Source: Lytechinus pictus (lineage: Eukaryota). Taken from it: DNA of 64,000 nucleotides. A program made the translations under genes and the position numbers. The DNA is taken from the NCBI RefSeq assembly GCF_037042905.1, contig NC_087251.1, positions 41,046,001 to 41,110,000 on the forward strand. Reading direction: 5' to 3'. Each line of letters opens with the position of its first letter. The first letter of the stretch is position 1. The notes below the pieces were generated by a model that did no database searches, was not told the origin of the DNA, and saw nothing but the letters and a program-made list of their open reading frames with translations. Below are positions 36,803 through 51,777 of the stretch, piece after piece.

Positions 36803-39328
36803 CTATAATTTCACAAGTACATTAGAAAATGAAATTCCCTGCAGCATCATTGAAATAATGCTTCCATTTCTTTTTTTTTTTATATAAGTATTTTGACTCG
36901 TATAACCCTATATGCTTTAATCGACATTTAGAAATTCATCATTATGATGCCTCAGAACTGACAATCTGAATTACTGGATTTTTATTGATTTTATTCTTCC
37001 CCCTAAATATACCAGCAACTAACTGTATTTTGCCCATCATTGTTAAATCTCTTTGCTTCCACAAAATTATTTATTGAAGTTTTACTTAACATTTCACTGT
37101 AGTTTGAATTTTATTTTACTTCGATGTCTTATAGAAGATACTACACCTAATACTTTAACCAAAATCTACAAGGCATATTCCGCCTTTTTTTGTAATCAAT
37201 TTCTTTCTTCGTTATACGTACGTGAAATAAATTTTGTCTTCCTCCCTGAATATGTAAAATTCAATCCGCACCGTTGTCGTAACCTATTATGATTCATTGA
37301 ATAGCTTCACCATTGTCATTTAAATCTTCAAAAATTGAAATATTTGATCAATCATATTATGAGTCATCAACACTCTCAGTTGCATATAATCATGTTGTGC
37401 ATATAACTATTTTGAGAAAAATGAGAGTAATTTTAAAATGTGATTATTATTTTACGTCTGCAGTGATGACATCATCAGCGAGCGTATTTGTTTGATTTTC
37501 TCTTTTTATTCAGATCAACTGTTTGCTGGGGTGGACTTTTCCTTTGACAATAGCTCCAGATCTCATTCCTGAAGTGATATCTGCCACTTGTTATTGAGCT
37601 CAAGGGACAGTGACATGTAGATTTGCCCGAGCCAAGTAATCCTTGGCAGTAACAAAAGCTGCAATGTCAGGCAACTGAAGCATCGGCCAAGACGTAAACT
37701 CCTTCGATCCTGAGCTACAATAGGAAGTGGAACCGCCAATCATGCATACAGTCTGGTCAGCGAAGAACTTGAAAAGTTTTCATCAGGGGGTGATGGCGGC
37801 GTCAAGTGAATAGGAGAATATTGCTTGGAAGGCATCTGCATGTGGTATAATCTTACGGTGAGGTGAGGTCTGACGTCATCGTTGACTGGCCAATCAGATT
37901 TCCCACATGAGAAGACCCGGTTTTATGATCAGACAGTATTGGCTCTTGATCAAACAAACGAGGTATACCACTATCCGAATATTGTAGCATAATGGGGAGC
38001 GGAACCCAACATTTACTAAACCGAAATTCTGACAGTTGCATCTGCATCTGTCCAAAAGGAGTGCCTTTTTTATTTTAAAAACGAATTTTGAAGAAAAATA
38101 GTTTGCTGTCAAGGTGATTTTGTATATGTTGTATTAATAACTTTAGGGTATATTCTGATGAGAGCGTATAAACTCTTTATTGGAAAATATATTACTCTTC
38201 TTTTTTTTTACAGATTGTCCCCATGTATGTTGGTGTTGGTAGTTTTTCTGAGTTACAAACATCAGTTCGTTGTATAAGTTTTAGTATAAACAAAACGACA
38301 AAAATAAACGAAAAGTTTTTAAAAATCAGAAAAATTAAGAAAATGTAATTGTTTGCTATAGAATGTTCGATTTTGTCCATCTCGATTTTAATCGAAAATA
38401 GAATAGTAATATGATCATCTCTATCGTAGCATCAATTTGAGTGTGTTTAGAAAAGAAATTCTGTGATACGGATTACTTATGCAGCAGACAATGTCAGAAG
38501 TTTAGTTTGGTAAATATTTTGAGGTTGCTTCCAATATAATGTTCCAATATTCATATACTGGTATCTCATTCGTTTGACCAAAAGTCTTCCTTAGCTCCCT
38601 GACTATTACCAAGAGGAGTAGGATGTGGACGGTGGACTTTGATCGACAAATCTACCATACTGATACCATGGTTTGAAAGTTCACCCGATGCAGTCTCATC
38701 GTGATTAGGAGTAATGAAGGATCTAGTTGGTCTTCCGCCGGCCCGCTCGAGACCGACGACCTTTACGCTACATCACAGGAAAGTTCACGAGGACGTTAAA
38801 GGTCAAGTTAACCCCAACCCCCCAAAATGAATGAAAAGAGGATTATCAAACTAGCATAATGATGAAACTTAATAAGGAAAGTCACGACTTTTTAAAATTT
38901 TGCTTAATTTCATAAAACAGTATGCACAGCATGGTCAGTATAGTAGGCAAATGAGGGAAATGATGACATCGCATATTCACCATTTTGTATTTTATTTGAT
39001 GAAATATGAAATATCTGAATTTCTCTTCTTTATAATATGATACAATGCCTGATTCCTCTTTGAAAATGAGGGATTATCTTTGTTGCAACCTTTAACTTTA
39101 GATTGATTACTCCCTTGTCAAATCTGCAAAATTTGAAATATATCTTTTATTATAAAAAGTAAAAAATAGTGAGCAAGTGACATCACCGACTATTTTATAT
39201 TGTGCATAACTGTTCATTGAAAAATAAGCGAAAATTTAAAATGCTATTACTATCTTAATTTACATCCGAGTTCAATGAAAATTTTAGCATTATGCTCGTT
39301 TGATTTTTTTTCCTAATTGTTATTCATT

Positions 39329-39362
<34 letters not shown>

Positions 39363-42300
39363 GGGGGGGGGGGGGCTGTGCAGTAACGTAAATTTACATG
39401 CAGCCGCATATTCCCCCCCGAAAAAGGCCGTCATTCAAATGGGCGTTCATCTCAAGATAAACTGAAAGGAACGGCCCCCCCCCCAAAAAAAAAAAAAAAA
39501 CAATACTAATAAAATAAACAAATAACACCAACAACAAAGAAAAAACTGGGGGTCATGAAGGCATTTTGGGGTAATTCCCCCTTTTTTGTGGCAGTTTTAC
39601 CTTCCGACTCCACTGGGTCTACGCCTGGCATGTAGTCCATATAGTTGAAGGTGAATGCATCAAATCTAGTCTTTAGAAAGAATGACGCCCTGTGAATCAG
39701 TTAGCTTGTGTGAAAACAGAAAATCAAAGAAAGGAATCAACGACAGTCTGAGAAAATATGAACAAAATGGGCTAAAACAGATGTTTTAGGGTATATTTTC
39801 AGTGTGCGAAGGGGAGATTTGTACTATGACGTCACAAACCTTGGTTGCGTTGCCACTAACTGGAGGATTTCCATAAAAGAAGTGATTTCAACATTCAAAT
39901 ACGCATAGATTTCGTATTGTTTTGCCGATATTGTTCTCGAACTTTGATTGATCTTATTCTTTGATGTTTCTGTTTTCATGCGAGCTTTATACAAGTTTCA
40001 TTTTCCTTTAAAGGGCAATGTTTTGTACATCTCGGTCGCTTTGCTTTGATCCTTTGGTTCCTCTAAAAAATCGCATAATTTTGCATCCCTGTTAGTTTAA
40101 ACTGCGTTTTTATAGGCATAATCCTAGTTTACAGCATTCCTAAAAGTTAAACATTGAGTTCTAAAACAAGTTACGGCAATTATTTGAGCAGGCGCCGGAA
40201 ACGTAAGAAAACGGGTTTGACGATTAAAATTTGAAGTATCCCCTGATAAGCTACAAGTTGACCCCCCCCCCAAAAAAAAAAAACTTACAAAAAAACTATG
40301 CATAGAATTCGAGAAGTAAAACTATTTCATTTATCGATTGCTGGTATCTCCAACAAATTATGATAGGCCTATTTTCTGATGTGCACTTTGCTATTCGAAC
40401 GAATATAAGTTCCTGTGCAAGTGATATTTGGGCTAAATTCTTTTAATTCGTTGTTGTTGTTTTTTTTTGCTTTTTGCCTGGGGACCGTTTCATTAAGCCG
40501 TTTTTAAGTTACAAATGACTGGTGATCCTTTCTTGTGCTCATTGACATTTGGCTATCTAGCTGACTTTGCCACAGAAAACATGTTCCAGTCTTTCATAAA
40601 ATCGTGCGTAACTTACAAACAGCTTTATGAAACGACACCCAGGACGATTGATTAGTAAATGATCGTGTTACACCTTCTTTTGGCTACTTGTATTTATTCT
40701 CGTACCGATTTTATAAAAAAATGTCACTTTCTCTTTTATCTATCCCCATCTATACTTTCATATTTTTTGTAGTTTCATCTCTAAACTATGTAATATTTGG
40801 TTGTTGATTTTTCATCACTAAACTTTGTCATTTCTCATCAGGGCAATTCCATAAAATATGTGCGTCCGACCCCCTATATGTGGGACCTTCATGAAATTTT
40901 CTTGTTCTTTTGACAGTCTGTAATATTCTCAAAGGACCATGACTTAGTCAGTTTATGAAGTGATGTAAGACTTGACAAAAATGGGGATCGGGCGTACAAA
41001 AAGGTTGATCATTTTATGGAATTGCCCATCATATGTTCATTTTATACTTCTATATAGCTCATCATTTTCATTTAAATAGTATTCCTAACCCTCTGTCTCT
41101 CTACTTCCTCCTCTGTACTTGTCGCTGTTAATTTGTATTTATCAATTTAACCATTTCCTTCTCGGTAAATCTTTCCAACCCCTCTCGACCCATTACACTG
41201 CCCTCGCATTTCTGTACGTAAGATATCTTTCCTCTCAACTCCCTTGAATAATTACCAATCATTAATTTTCTATCGATCATTAACAATTCAAATTTTATTG
41301 TACTGCCTCCTCAAAATTGAAAAAAAAAACTCAATTTTTCACCCTCTTCACATTCAGGTTCATATATTGCATATCTCATCCCTTTTCTCATTCTTGACAG
41401 ATTTTGCATTTAAACTTCTGTTCATTTCACCTCCTCTCACTTAAATTCATTTTCAGCTATTCTTACCCTTTCGATCTTGGTCTATAATTCGATCACATCT
41501 AACTTAACCCACGGCTCTTTCATTAGCCCTTGTCAACTGATCTCATCACAATCCTATTCACCTTTTCTCTCCCTTCCTCCCTAACTCCTTTTTCTCCCCC
41601 CCCCCCCTCTCACCCACTTTTCCTCTCTTTCTTTCTTCCTTTGTTTCTCTTCTGTCTACCCATTTTTAACACACCTCTTTGAAAATGAGAGTGAACTTCA
41701 TGAAATTTATGTTCACATTGATAAACCTGATCTAATGATCACTTCAGCAACAGAACTGAACAAACTTCGGATTATCTTCAGACCCAAAACCTAATGATAA
41801 AAGTAAGAAACATTTCAAAACTTTGAAGAAAACTACCTTTTAGCACTGTCAATTTGAAATATTTATTCTTGCCTTAATTCCATACATATTTCTTAGGTAT
41901 AGTGTCTTTCAGTGGATTGATTATTATTATATAATACAAATCGATTGTGTGACAAAATATACAGCACATTGTCGGAAAATACTGTTTTAAATAAATCTTA
42001 TCATATTAAAAATATTTTCAAGAAAATTAAGTTCATTTTCATGAAGTTCACCTTTGTAAAAGAGAATAAGACGATCCCATTTTTTTTCTCAAATTTTGAT
42101 TATACCTGAAATGTTGCAATGTGCATTGTTATTAAGGCATTAACCAATGACTTAATATTTTACTCTACATGATTTTTCTTTTGAATTATGGAAAAAAAAT
42201 GTGGTTGACCAAGCTTACTTTCATTTGTGTAACAGATTAATACAGTATTTACTGTAATTATAAAGTATCATTTTTTGAAAGGAGGAAAAGTTTGCCAATA

Positions 42301-45300
42301 TCAATCCATTTTGCAACATTTTAGAATCTGGATGGGAGGAGTGTGTGTGTGTGTAAGGGGAGGGGGGTTGGCTAATTGAAGGTTATTTGGCTTGTACAGT
42401 GTGGATAAGGATAATCCAAATCATGAGGGTCAATGGAAAAAAAGAAAGGAAATCCTTTGGTTTATATTGATAGTGATTAAATAGGCCTTTTAGTGATCAT
42501 CAATGTTCGTCTGAAGACAAATAAGGATGAAAATTGCACCAGGAAAATATAGGCCTACTTAGGAATTTCCTTTGAAAAAATGGAAATCTACATTTAACAA
42601 TTTAAATATACATTAGCCTGCTAACTTTGGTTTACCTTCTGCACATTGTACAGTAACCATGACAACCTCAAAGCACAGGCTGGTATTCTGAAAATTGTGT
42701 TATCTTTTGAATTACATTTTCTGTGTTTACCAAAATAAATTTAAAAGTGGTATTTATGGTTACTTCATAACAAATGAACAATTCAAAGCAAAAAAAATAA
42801 ATAGAAAAAAATTACTATGTGAGCCAATGACATACTTGCTAGCAAAAGGGTTGATAAGATAACACAATTTTCAGAATACCGGCCTTAGGCCCTGTTGCAT
42901 GATAATTAATTCAAAATAATGATATGGATCCTTAGCAGATGATTGGCTCAAATCTATCACATGACCAGTTATATAAATTAGCTAACAGGAAAAATTGCTA
43001 ATAACTGGTCATGGTACCGAGACTAATTACATGGGGGCCCTGGACAATTTTGCCTAGAAAAGCTCAAAAGAGCCCATTCACTGCAATGGTAAAATGTATG
43101 CATCCAATATTGCAGATTTATGCAGTAGGTTGCGAGAAGTAGCCCCTAAAAATATATATATATATTTTTGCCTGTATTGAGACAAGGATGGCTTATCAAA
43201 TAAGGATCCACATCATTATTTTATGAAACAATACACATTTTGCCAAGGCGTTAGAATGACCCACATTTGTTACTTTTGAAATGGTCCAAACGCCCTCAGC
43301 TTTGCCTCAGGTGTGTTAGAACTCTTCCAAAGGTCCCTTGTGTGTGTATTTCTTACTAATGCCCTTGATGTGTATTGCTTGTATGCTATTAAAGTAATTT
43401 TGCCATCCAATGGTAGACCATGGAGTTCCATGGCATTTGCTCCGGCGACAATTGCTCTGATGGAAAATGTGCACATTATTACACTCTGAGATATTGAGAC
43501 CGGAGCAAATGTCGCAGGAGCAAATGTGGTGTCCCCAACCATGGACCCCCCCAAAAAAACAAATGGGCAATTCCATAAAATATGTACGTCCGACCCCCTA
43601 TATTTGTGACCTTCATGAAATTTTCTGTCTCTGATTTCTGGTTCTTGTGACAGTCTGTAATGCTGTCAAATAACCATGACTTGGTCAGTTTATGAAGTGA
43701 AGTAAAAACTTAAGAAAAATGAAAGGTAGGATGTAGGAAAAGCTTATTTTACAGAATTGCCCAAATCAGAAAATGGAAAGGGAGAAAGGTAAAAACTTTT
43801 CACCATAAACTGTTTCTGAAAAAAACAAAATTGGGGCTCATTAAACCACCAAGTGGATGGCAAAATTCCTTTAATAGTACATTTCATGCAATGGGGCCCA
43901 CCCTGGGGGGATTAAGGAACAAAGCCAAATTTCACATGGGAAGGGGGGGGGGTGTCGGGGTTCATAATAGATTAAGAGGGGGCAGGTAAGTGGATGATAT
44001 AGACAGTGGACAGAATAAGCATAACTGAAAAGCAATGAATTTTCATTTTCCAACAACTTTTATTAAAGATAAAAAAAAAAAATTGCCAATAAAAAAAATG
44101 ACCAGCAGTCCAGAAGATTCATTCAAGTATACAAGATACCATAGCAGCTAATGACCTCTTGATTCAATGGGGCAAACCCTACCCTCACAAAATGACAAGC
44201 AGCCTAGTCTGAGTCAGGGTCTCCTTGACAAAAATCACACAATATGTGACATCACTACCTCAAGATCTATTTTTCAGTGTACAGAGAAGGGCATTCGATA
44301 CTGCTGTGCATGGTATACAACTTGCCACAATGAGAGTGCTTTAATAATGATTTCAATGATCTTTTGTGTAGCCAAGAGTATGAAAGACAATGCATCAAAT
44401 TTTCAAGTGATTATTTCCTGGGGGCAACACTTTTTTTTAGGGGGAACATTCATTCATAAAAAGAAATTTCCTTTACCAACCCCATCCCCCTTCCTTGCCA
44501 TAAGAATCAATCTATTAATCTCCTTTGTAGTCTTTTCATTCACCCTTGAACAAAACCACCACCTTATTTCCTTTAATCTGCTCCCTTCCTTACAACCATC
44601 TCACCTTCCCCCTTCCCCTCCACTAATTGTGCTCTCTTCCCATACCTCCCTGTACTATCCATCCAGGGAAGCATTTCATGAAGAATTGTCAGTGATTTTC
44701 ACAAAAAAATCATGCTAAGTGCAAATTAGTGATTATCACTAACAAAACTTGTCATGATATGCTCCTGTATCTGCCCATTTTCAATCATTTCACATCCTTT
44801 CAACATTAACTATCCATGACTGACACTACAATGTTCTAATGTTCAAATTAATATTTTTTAGTATTATCACTAATCATTTTTCACATTTCATATTTTTATT
44901 AAACAATTTAATTTATATCATCTCATTAAAAAAACCTAGCCAATAGATTTATTTTCAAAGGGGAGCTTTTCTTTTCAAAAGAGCAAATGGAATATATTAT
45001 GATTTGCAAATAAATATATCCTTTTCTGTTCATGATGCAATCGCGGTTCTATGAATTTTCAGTGAACACTGCATTTTGATAAAAATAGCTAATTTATTCA
45101 TTCACCATCATACAAGAACCAAATGTTGGCTTGCATATCCATCACATAACCATGAACTCTGAGAGATCAGGCGAGGCACCGACAATGAAAGATAGATCTA
45201 ATGGGTTGGAACCTCAAAGTAGGCTTGTCCTGAGGGAGTACACTTCACATTCCACAATGGTTTATAATCCCCCATCAATCATTGCAATACAATGCATGAA

Positions 45301-45349
45301 CCCTAGTAGTGAAGCAAAATGTCAAATTTCAGAGACGGCAACCAATCAA

Positions 45350-45648
45350 ATTTAAAAAAATCTTTCCATGGATATAAGAAACCATTTCTTCAGCTTAATG
45401 GTCATCAAGAACCAATGACAACTCTCACAGACAGCATCCAATAAAATTGTCCAAACTTGTTCCAGACTGGATGGAGGAAACCACTTCTTTAGCCAAAGGG
45501 TCATGGAGCGTTGGAACAATCTACCAAATCATGCAATGTCAAATCTGACAGACAGCACCCAACAAAATTTCCCAAACTTATTCCACACTGGATATAGGAA
45601 ACCATTTCTTTAGCCAAAGGGACACTGTTGGAAAAATCTACCAATCAC
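45350..45648 (+). mobile_element. CR1/L2-type LINE 3' coding fragment, tandemly repeated about three times (~120-bp unit)
   Basis: Translates RLDGGNHFFSQRVMERWNNLP, matching the CR1 ORF2 C-terminal FFSQRV..WNxLP motif; second copy at 45548-45648. Confidence 0.7.
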
Positions 45649-45945
45649 TGCCCTACCATCAGACTGGAAGATGGATGAATGAACAGCCTAGCATCACTTC
45701 ATGTCAAGCTTCAGAACGTGGCTGAGAAACTCCTCTGACTTGATCAAAGGAACGATAAGCAAGAAGGAAATAATTTTATGATGGTCTGAAAATTATGCAT
45801 TGTATGATCATTGCAAAGAAGTGAAAGACTCACAAGTTCCCATGAAAGATTTTTAGATGTCACAAGATCGTAAACAAATTGAATCATTGAGTGGAGGACC
45901 TCCCAATATAACTGGCAATGGTAAGCAGGTACATGCATACCTTAA

Positions 45946-46411
45946 CCCTATATAGCCCGGGGGGGGGGGGGGGGGCTTTTTTTTAGCCTCCACAACATTT
46001 TTTGTGATATATTTGTAAAGATCAGGCCACAAATTGTCATGAAATTTTTCTCACGCAACTTTATAGACCAAATTTACAATGCAATGGTATGCAGTTACAA
46101 AGTTAGGCAACATTTTGTAAGCGCATGTCAGACCAAAATTGCTCAAAAATGTGATTTCATTTGACAAATCCAATGAAAATTCTGTATGTAGCCAAAATTC
46201 ATACATGCATCATTATTTTTACCTATAGATACTGATTACGAACTACTGAATTCATGTATTTATGATTGAAATAGTGACATCGACAACTTTCATTAAAAAA
46301 ACGAGAGATAGTATCCAAATCAAAAACTAAGATCAGGGGTGGGGGGGGGGGGTAAGAATGCCCCCCCCCCCCCCGTCTATGTAATTTCAAATTAGCCTGG
46401 GCTATATAGGG
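45946..46411. mobile_element. piggyBac-like MITE
   Basis: ttaa|ccctatatagccc ... gggctatataggg|ttaa, with TTAA TSD and CCC termini. Relatives at ~19255-19640, ~51411-53051, ~53820-54390 and ~62781-63050. Confidence 0.85.
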
Positions 46412-46765
46412 TTAAACACGGGAACGTCCCCTCACTTTAATGGATACCTGAACATGATGAAGTTTCCTCTGCACAGGAAATCTATTCAAAATTAATTCCA
46501 AAGAAAGAGCGTTTCCTCCCCGACACAGAATATGAATGGTGACAAAGAATCTGCCTTATTAGAATTCACACAAATGCGTTGTAGTTTAATAACTAGAATT
46601 ACTAAGCCAGAAAATGTATCAGATGTATGTAGCTTCTCTTTTAGTGACAAGATTGACTCTGACTCTGTAATACCAAGACTTCACATTGCCTTTCATGTCA
46701 TCAGAGTCAAATAAATCTGGAAAATCCAACAAACACAGGAAAATATCAAATGGCTGTAAAAGACA

Positions 46766-48105
46766 ACAAGTGGAACGCCTCTGGCAGTCTCGCCTGCATT
46801 ACGCAATTTAATATAGCAGCAGTGCTAACTTTGTAAACTACTATAAAATAATCATTCACAAAAACATCATTCATATAATGACATAATACCACGTTCATTG
46901 ACCATAAATGGCATTTGAACGGAGACTTAAGACTGTCAACTACACCCATGTCCACATTTCATTCACTCTATCCATAAACTTTCAAAGTTATGATGGCAAT
47001 TCAACAATTACCCCAACATGGCCTAAGTTTATTGACCTTAACTGACCTTTGACTTGGTTTTGTGACCTGAAACTCACAGGGGATGTTCAGTGATGCTTGA
47101 TTACTCTTATATCCCAAGTTTTATGAACTAGATCCATAAACTTCAGTTAGGATGGTAATTCAACAAATACCCCCAACACGGCCAAAGTTCATTGACCTTT
47201 AATGACCTTTGACCATGGTCATGTGACCTGAAACTCGTACAGGATGTTGAGTGATACTTGATTACTCTTATGTCCAAGTTTTATGAACTAGATCCATAAA
47301 CATTCAGAGTTAGGATGGTAATTTAACATATACCCCCAACACGGCCAAAGTTCATTGACCTTAAATGACCATTGACCATGGTCATGTGACCAGAAACTCG
47401 CACAGGATATTCAGTGGTACTTGATTAACCTAATGTCCAAGTTTCATGAACTAAATCCATAAATTTTCAAAGTTATGATAGTAATTCAACAAATACCCCC
47501 AACTTGGCCAAAGTTCATTGACCCTAAATGACCTTTGACCTTGGTCATGTGACCTAAAACTCAGGCAGGATGTTTACTAATACTTGATTAACCTTATGTC
47601 CAAGTTTCATGGACTAGATCCATAAATTTTCAAAGTTATGATAGTAATTCAACAAATACCCCCAACTTGACCAAAGTTCATTGACCCTAAATGACCTTTG
47701 ACCTTGGTCACGTGACCTGAAACTCGAGCAGGATGTTCACTTATACTTGATTAACCTTATGTCCAAGTTTCATGAACTAGGTCCATATACTTTCTAAGTT
47801 ATGATGTCGTTTAAAAAACTTAACCTTCGGTTAAGATTTTGAAAATAATTTTCCCAACATGGTCTAAGTCCATTGACCCTAAATGACCTTTGACCTTGGT
47901 CATGTGACCTGAAACTCAGGCAGGATGTTCAGTAATACTTGATTAACCTTATGTCCAAGTTTCATGAACTAGGTCCATATACTTTCTAAGTTATGATGTC
48001 ATTTCAAAAACTTAACCTTAGGTTAAGATTTGATGTTGACGCCGCCGCCGCCGCCGCCGTCGGAAAAGCGGCGCCTATAGTCTCGCTCTGCTATGCAGGC
48101 GAGAC
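46766..48105 (+). mobile_element. HINE (non-autonomous Helentron/DINE-1-like) element with about six internal ~163-bp tandem repeats
   Basis: Sub-terminal inverted repeats gtctcgcctgcat / atgcaggcgagac; terminal hairpin gtctcgctctgc-tat-gcaggcgagac; A-rich flanks with no TSD; unit starts near 47001, 47161, 47324, 47487, 47650 and 47850. Confidence 0.8.
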
Positions 48106-49731
48106 AAAAATGACTAACTGGAACTAGATCCACTGAGAATTCCTGTAATGCCACCCCAAAGAGGCCAACCCTCTCACAAGATATCAGCATTTGTGAGTCA
48201 CAGAAGTGTGTGACTTGCACGAGGTTTTGAAGAGCTCTGGATATCATGCGTAGGCTGAAAGTAACACCTTTCCTTGTGGTCAGACAGTACTTGAAGATTA
48301 TCGCAACATTACCAGATTCCAAACACCAAATATAAAGATGTCACATGCGACTGAAACAAATTTCCGGAAGTCAGCAGCACTCTCTTCGAACATACTTCGC
48401 CAGTTCCTCTCTCTTCACTTTGTGAAGAACAAATGGTTACCTGCATCGATTTAGAGTGAAAGCCAGTTTTTGATCGATCTTGATCAATGCCACTAAGCTC
48501 CAAAGCCATATTGGCTAAACTGCTCCATCAATAATTCAAATATCAACATGGGTCAACTTGAAACACTACACTGGCAAGGCTCTAGAAATCAAAATTTGAC
48601 ATTGCAATTTTGAAACAAGATTCCAGACTTACATATATTGCTCTGATTGAAGAAGCATTTTTTTTTTACACATTGTGGAAAAATCATTGAAGTGCACAAC
48701 CCTCATAAAAATGGGTGGAAAAGTTTATATCCGAAGTTGAAGATTTGGGCAGACAAACCTACATTGAGAATCTACCTTATCATCACATATCTTAACATTC
48801 GTGCAGTCCACATTATCTCTTCACATTCTGTGAATACACGATGGATACGCACTCGGCACAAACATGGGGTTTATGTACGTACATGGTGAAATGACCGCGA
48901 TAAAGTTTGATATATTAATTCAAATCAGTCTGGCCAAAAAAAGAACACGTACAGAAAAGGAGAATATATATATTGCAAAATAATTCACATTGCTCTGCAA
49001 TAAAAAAAAAAAAGATCAATGTCTGTATATATAAATTTCTAATAAAAATTGTTTATCTTCTTAGCACATTATTAAATCAGTCATGGCAGATATCATGTTG
49101 CAACAATGTGAAACAAAGATAAAGTTCGAGCAACATCTAGAACAAATAGTACTGGGAGGTATATAAAGAAAGACTATAATCAATGGTTTGATCCGGCACA
49201 GCCAACAAAAGGATACAGAAATGGGAAGAAATACCAGTTAAGGTGATGTGGGGAAAATTGCCGCCAAATATTTTCACAAAGGTTATTGCCCTGATGCCCT
49301 CAGTACATAATTACTGGAAAATTGATTGCATTGTCTCACATACTTTCGGCTACACAAAATATCATTGAAATCATGATTAAAACACTTACATTGTGGTAAG
49401 TTGTATACCATGCACAACTGTGTCCAGTGCCCTTCTCTGCACACTGAAGAATATATCTCTTGGTAGTGATGTCACTAATTGTGTGATTTTGGCAGGAAGA
49501 TCCCAGCTCAAACTAGACAGGAAGCCATGTTTGCAAGGTTTAGGGCCTACCACCATCAATCAAGGTCAACTGCTATGGTCCTGCAACTTGAATGAATCTT
49601 CCGGGCTGCTGGTCTTACAATTTATTTTTTCAAAAAAGAAAAATAAACTTCATGAATACAAAACAAGTATTGTATATAGCACAGACAATTGTACACTGTA
49701 GGACAGGTCCAAGCTATCTGACATTGATGTA

Positions 49732-50112
49732 AAGGTCACCGCACACCTTTTGATTGGTCTGCGAACCAATTAAGGAGTAAAACGTTTTGAACATAGAGAC
49801 ATGTGACATCTTCCTGTGTAAAATTCTAAATCATCCAATGAATACTCATTGAAATCTGTGACTATGCAAGCATCATCATTTGAATAAAAGTGAAATGTCA
49901 TAGCAATCATACAATTTCCTACAATTTAAAACCAATTTGGCCTTCACAAAAAAAAAATAAAGGCTTGAAATCAAATAAAATTATTTAGTATTCTCAGTTA
50001 ATTTAAGCCTCGAATGAAAAGATATTTGTCAATCACATTACAGAAAATTAGCATAATGTAATTTGCTCCAAAATCAGATTGTGGACCACTCGAAAGGTGT
50101 GCGGAGGCCTTA
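49732..50112. mobile_element. MITE with imperfect TIRs
   Basis: aaggtcaccgcacaccttttgattggtc / gaccactcgaaaggtgtgcggaggcctt. Confidence 0.6.
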
Positions 50113-50912
50113 AGAGACAAATTAAAGAAGTGTTTCACAAAAAATCAAATGTGATTAAATAGCTACTTGCGTGTGGAAAATAACAGATCAATATATTGAT
50201 TGAATCACTCTCAAAGGACGTGCTCTAATGCAAATGAATTGATCAGACTGTATATCAAAGATCATGAGCATGTTAATGCTTTCGCCATGACTTTGGTCAG
50301 AGATTTTTTTTTTGTGAACACTTCCCAGAATTGTTTTGCTAGTTTAATATACTTAAGAAAGAGAAACTAAAATATCCAAAAATATGAGAGCACTTTCTAA
50401 CCCAGTAACACTGAGTGCACCTATCTACCATGGTTTTTCATCTAAACCTGGGTTGAGTGCGGCAAAATGAGGGTAAACATCTTGCTGAAGGAAAACACAG
50501 ATTGAAAGACTAGAGTTGATCTCTCAAACAGTTCTTGAATTATCGCGAGAACAAGTTATTTCAATATTGTTTTGTGAAAAATAAGTGAAACTTAAAAATA
50601 TAACTTCCTTATTTTACATCCGTTTTTGAAAAATCTTTCAATGTTATGCTTGGTAGATATTTTTCTATTGATTAAAATCAACATATTTCTGGGGTGGACT
50701 TGACCTTTAAAGGGTGGCTGCAAATTTCATAATAGAATAAAAACAAATGGCACCTCATTGCAAAGAGGCTAACCAATAACACCATTTTCATTTTTAGTGG
50801 TTCAGTATTAAACAAATAATCATCCATCAAACTTGAGTTTTGGAACTTTTTGTGAGGGGTTTATTTTGCTACTTTTTAATGATGATTAATCTGATATTTT
50901 GTCTATAACATT

Positions 50913-51130
50913 TGGCGTCCCACAAATAACTATACAAGGTCCTTTGTTTATTATTTATGCTAATGACATCATTCATTCTTCTGAAATATATTTTATCACG
51001 TATGCAGATATTAATGCTAGAAATTAACAGATATAAATTGAATATGGTAATAACAAACTTTGATTGTTGCTGATAGGCCTAAACAAATAGGTTAAAGATT
51101 AATAACACAAAATACATCATATTCTGAGCA
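50913..51130 (+). mobile_element. Ancient CR1/L2-type reverse transcriptase fragment
   Basis: Translates GVPQITIQGPLFIIYANDIIHSSEIYFITYAD, a decayed GVPQGSxLGPxLFxxYxND...YADD. Confidence 0.7.
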
Positions 51131-51777
51131 TAGAAAAACCTTTATCTCGAAATTAACACCTTACAAAATATTCTAAATTTTTAGGGTGTAATTAATGTAT
51201 GATGAAAATAAATATTAATGAAATTAATGGGAAAATAGGTATAATAGTAATGTGCACGAAAGGGGGGGGGGAGAATAATTCTACGACAAGTAGATCCAGG
51301 GTAAAAAACCAGAGATAAAACACAATAGACAAAAACTCTGGAAAACCTTCGGATCCACTTTTGCAGAATTGTCAACACATAAATAAATAAATACTTCATC
51401 AAGAAAAACTTTCCTAACTAGGCCGGGGTGGGGGGGGGGGAAGGGGGGCTTGAAGGGCCTGCTTGACGCTCATGCAATATTTTTTTAACATGAAAAACTC
51501 TCACCATGTTGTTTTGTGACTTTCTTCGCATATTTTAAGACCAAATTTGTAGCATCCAGGAATGCAGTTCCGAAGATATGCATAATTTGTACAAGCATGT
51601 CGGACCAAAAATTGCTCTAAAACGTGATTTTGTGTACAATTTTAGTGCAAATTGTGTTTTCAGCCAAATATTGATAAATGAGTATATTTACTCTCATTGA
51701 TTCAAATTAATTGATCACCAACAAATTTCATCTAAAATACAATGAAAAGCAAAGGTAAAATAAAAGAAATACATTAA

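Noticed and set aside
37545..38790. Minus-strand GLLGSGKST (Walker A-like) and LSLELNNKWQ (death-domain-like) strings
   Set aside because: They lie in different short frames bounded by stops with no supporting motifs or clear splice structure; chance matches cannot be excluded.
39331..39375. Poly-T/poly-G tracts (and similar G/C runs elsewhere) as functional G-quadruplexes
   Set aside because: They are recurring internal parts of MITE families and are prone to homopolymer length error.
44167..44718. 183-aa ORF as a gene
   Set aside because: Its second half is pyrimidine-rich low-complexity sequence running into a MITE, and the inverted homologue does not keep the frame.
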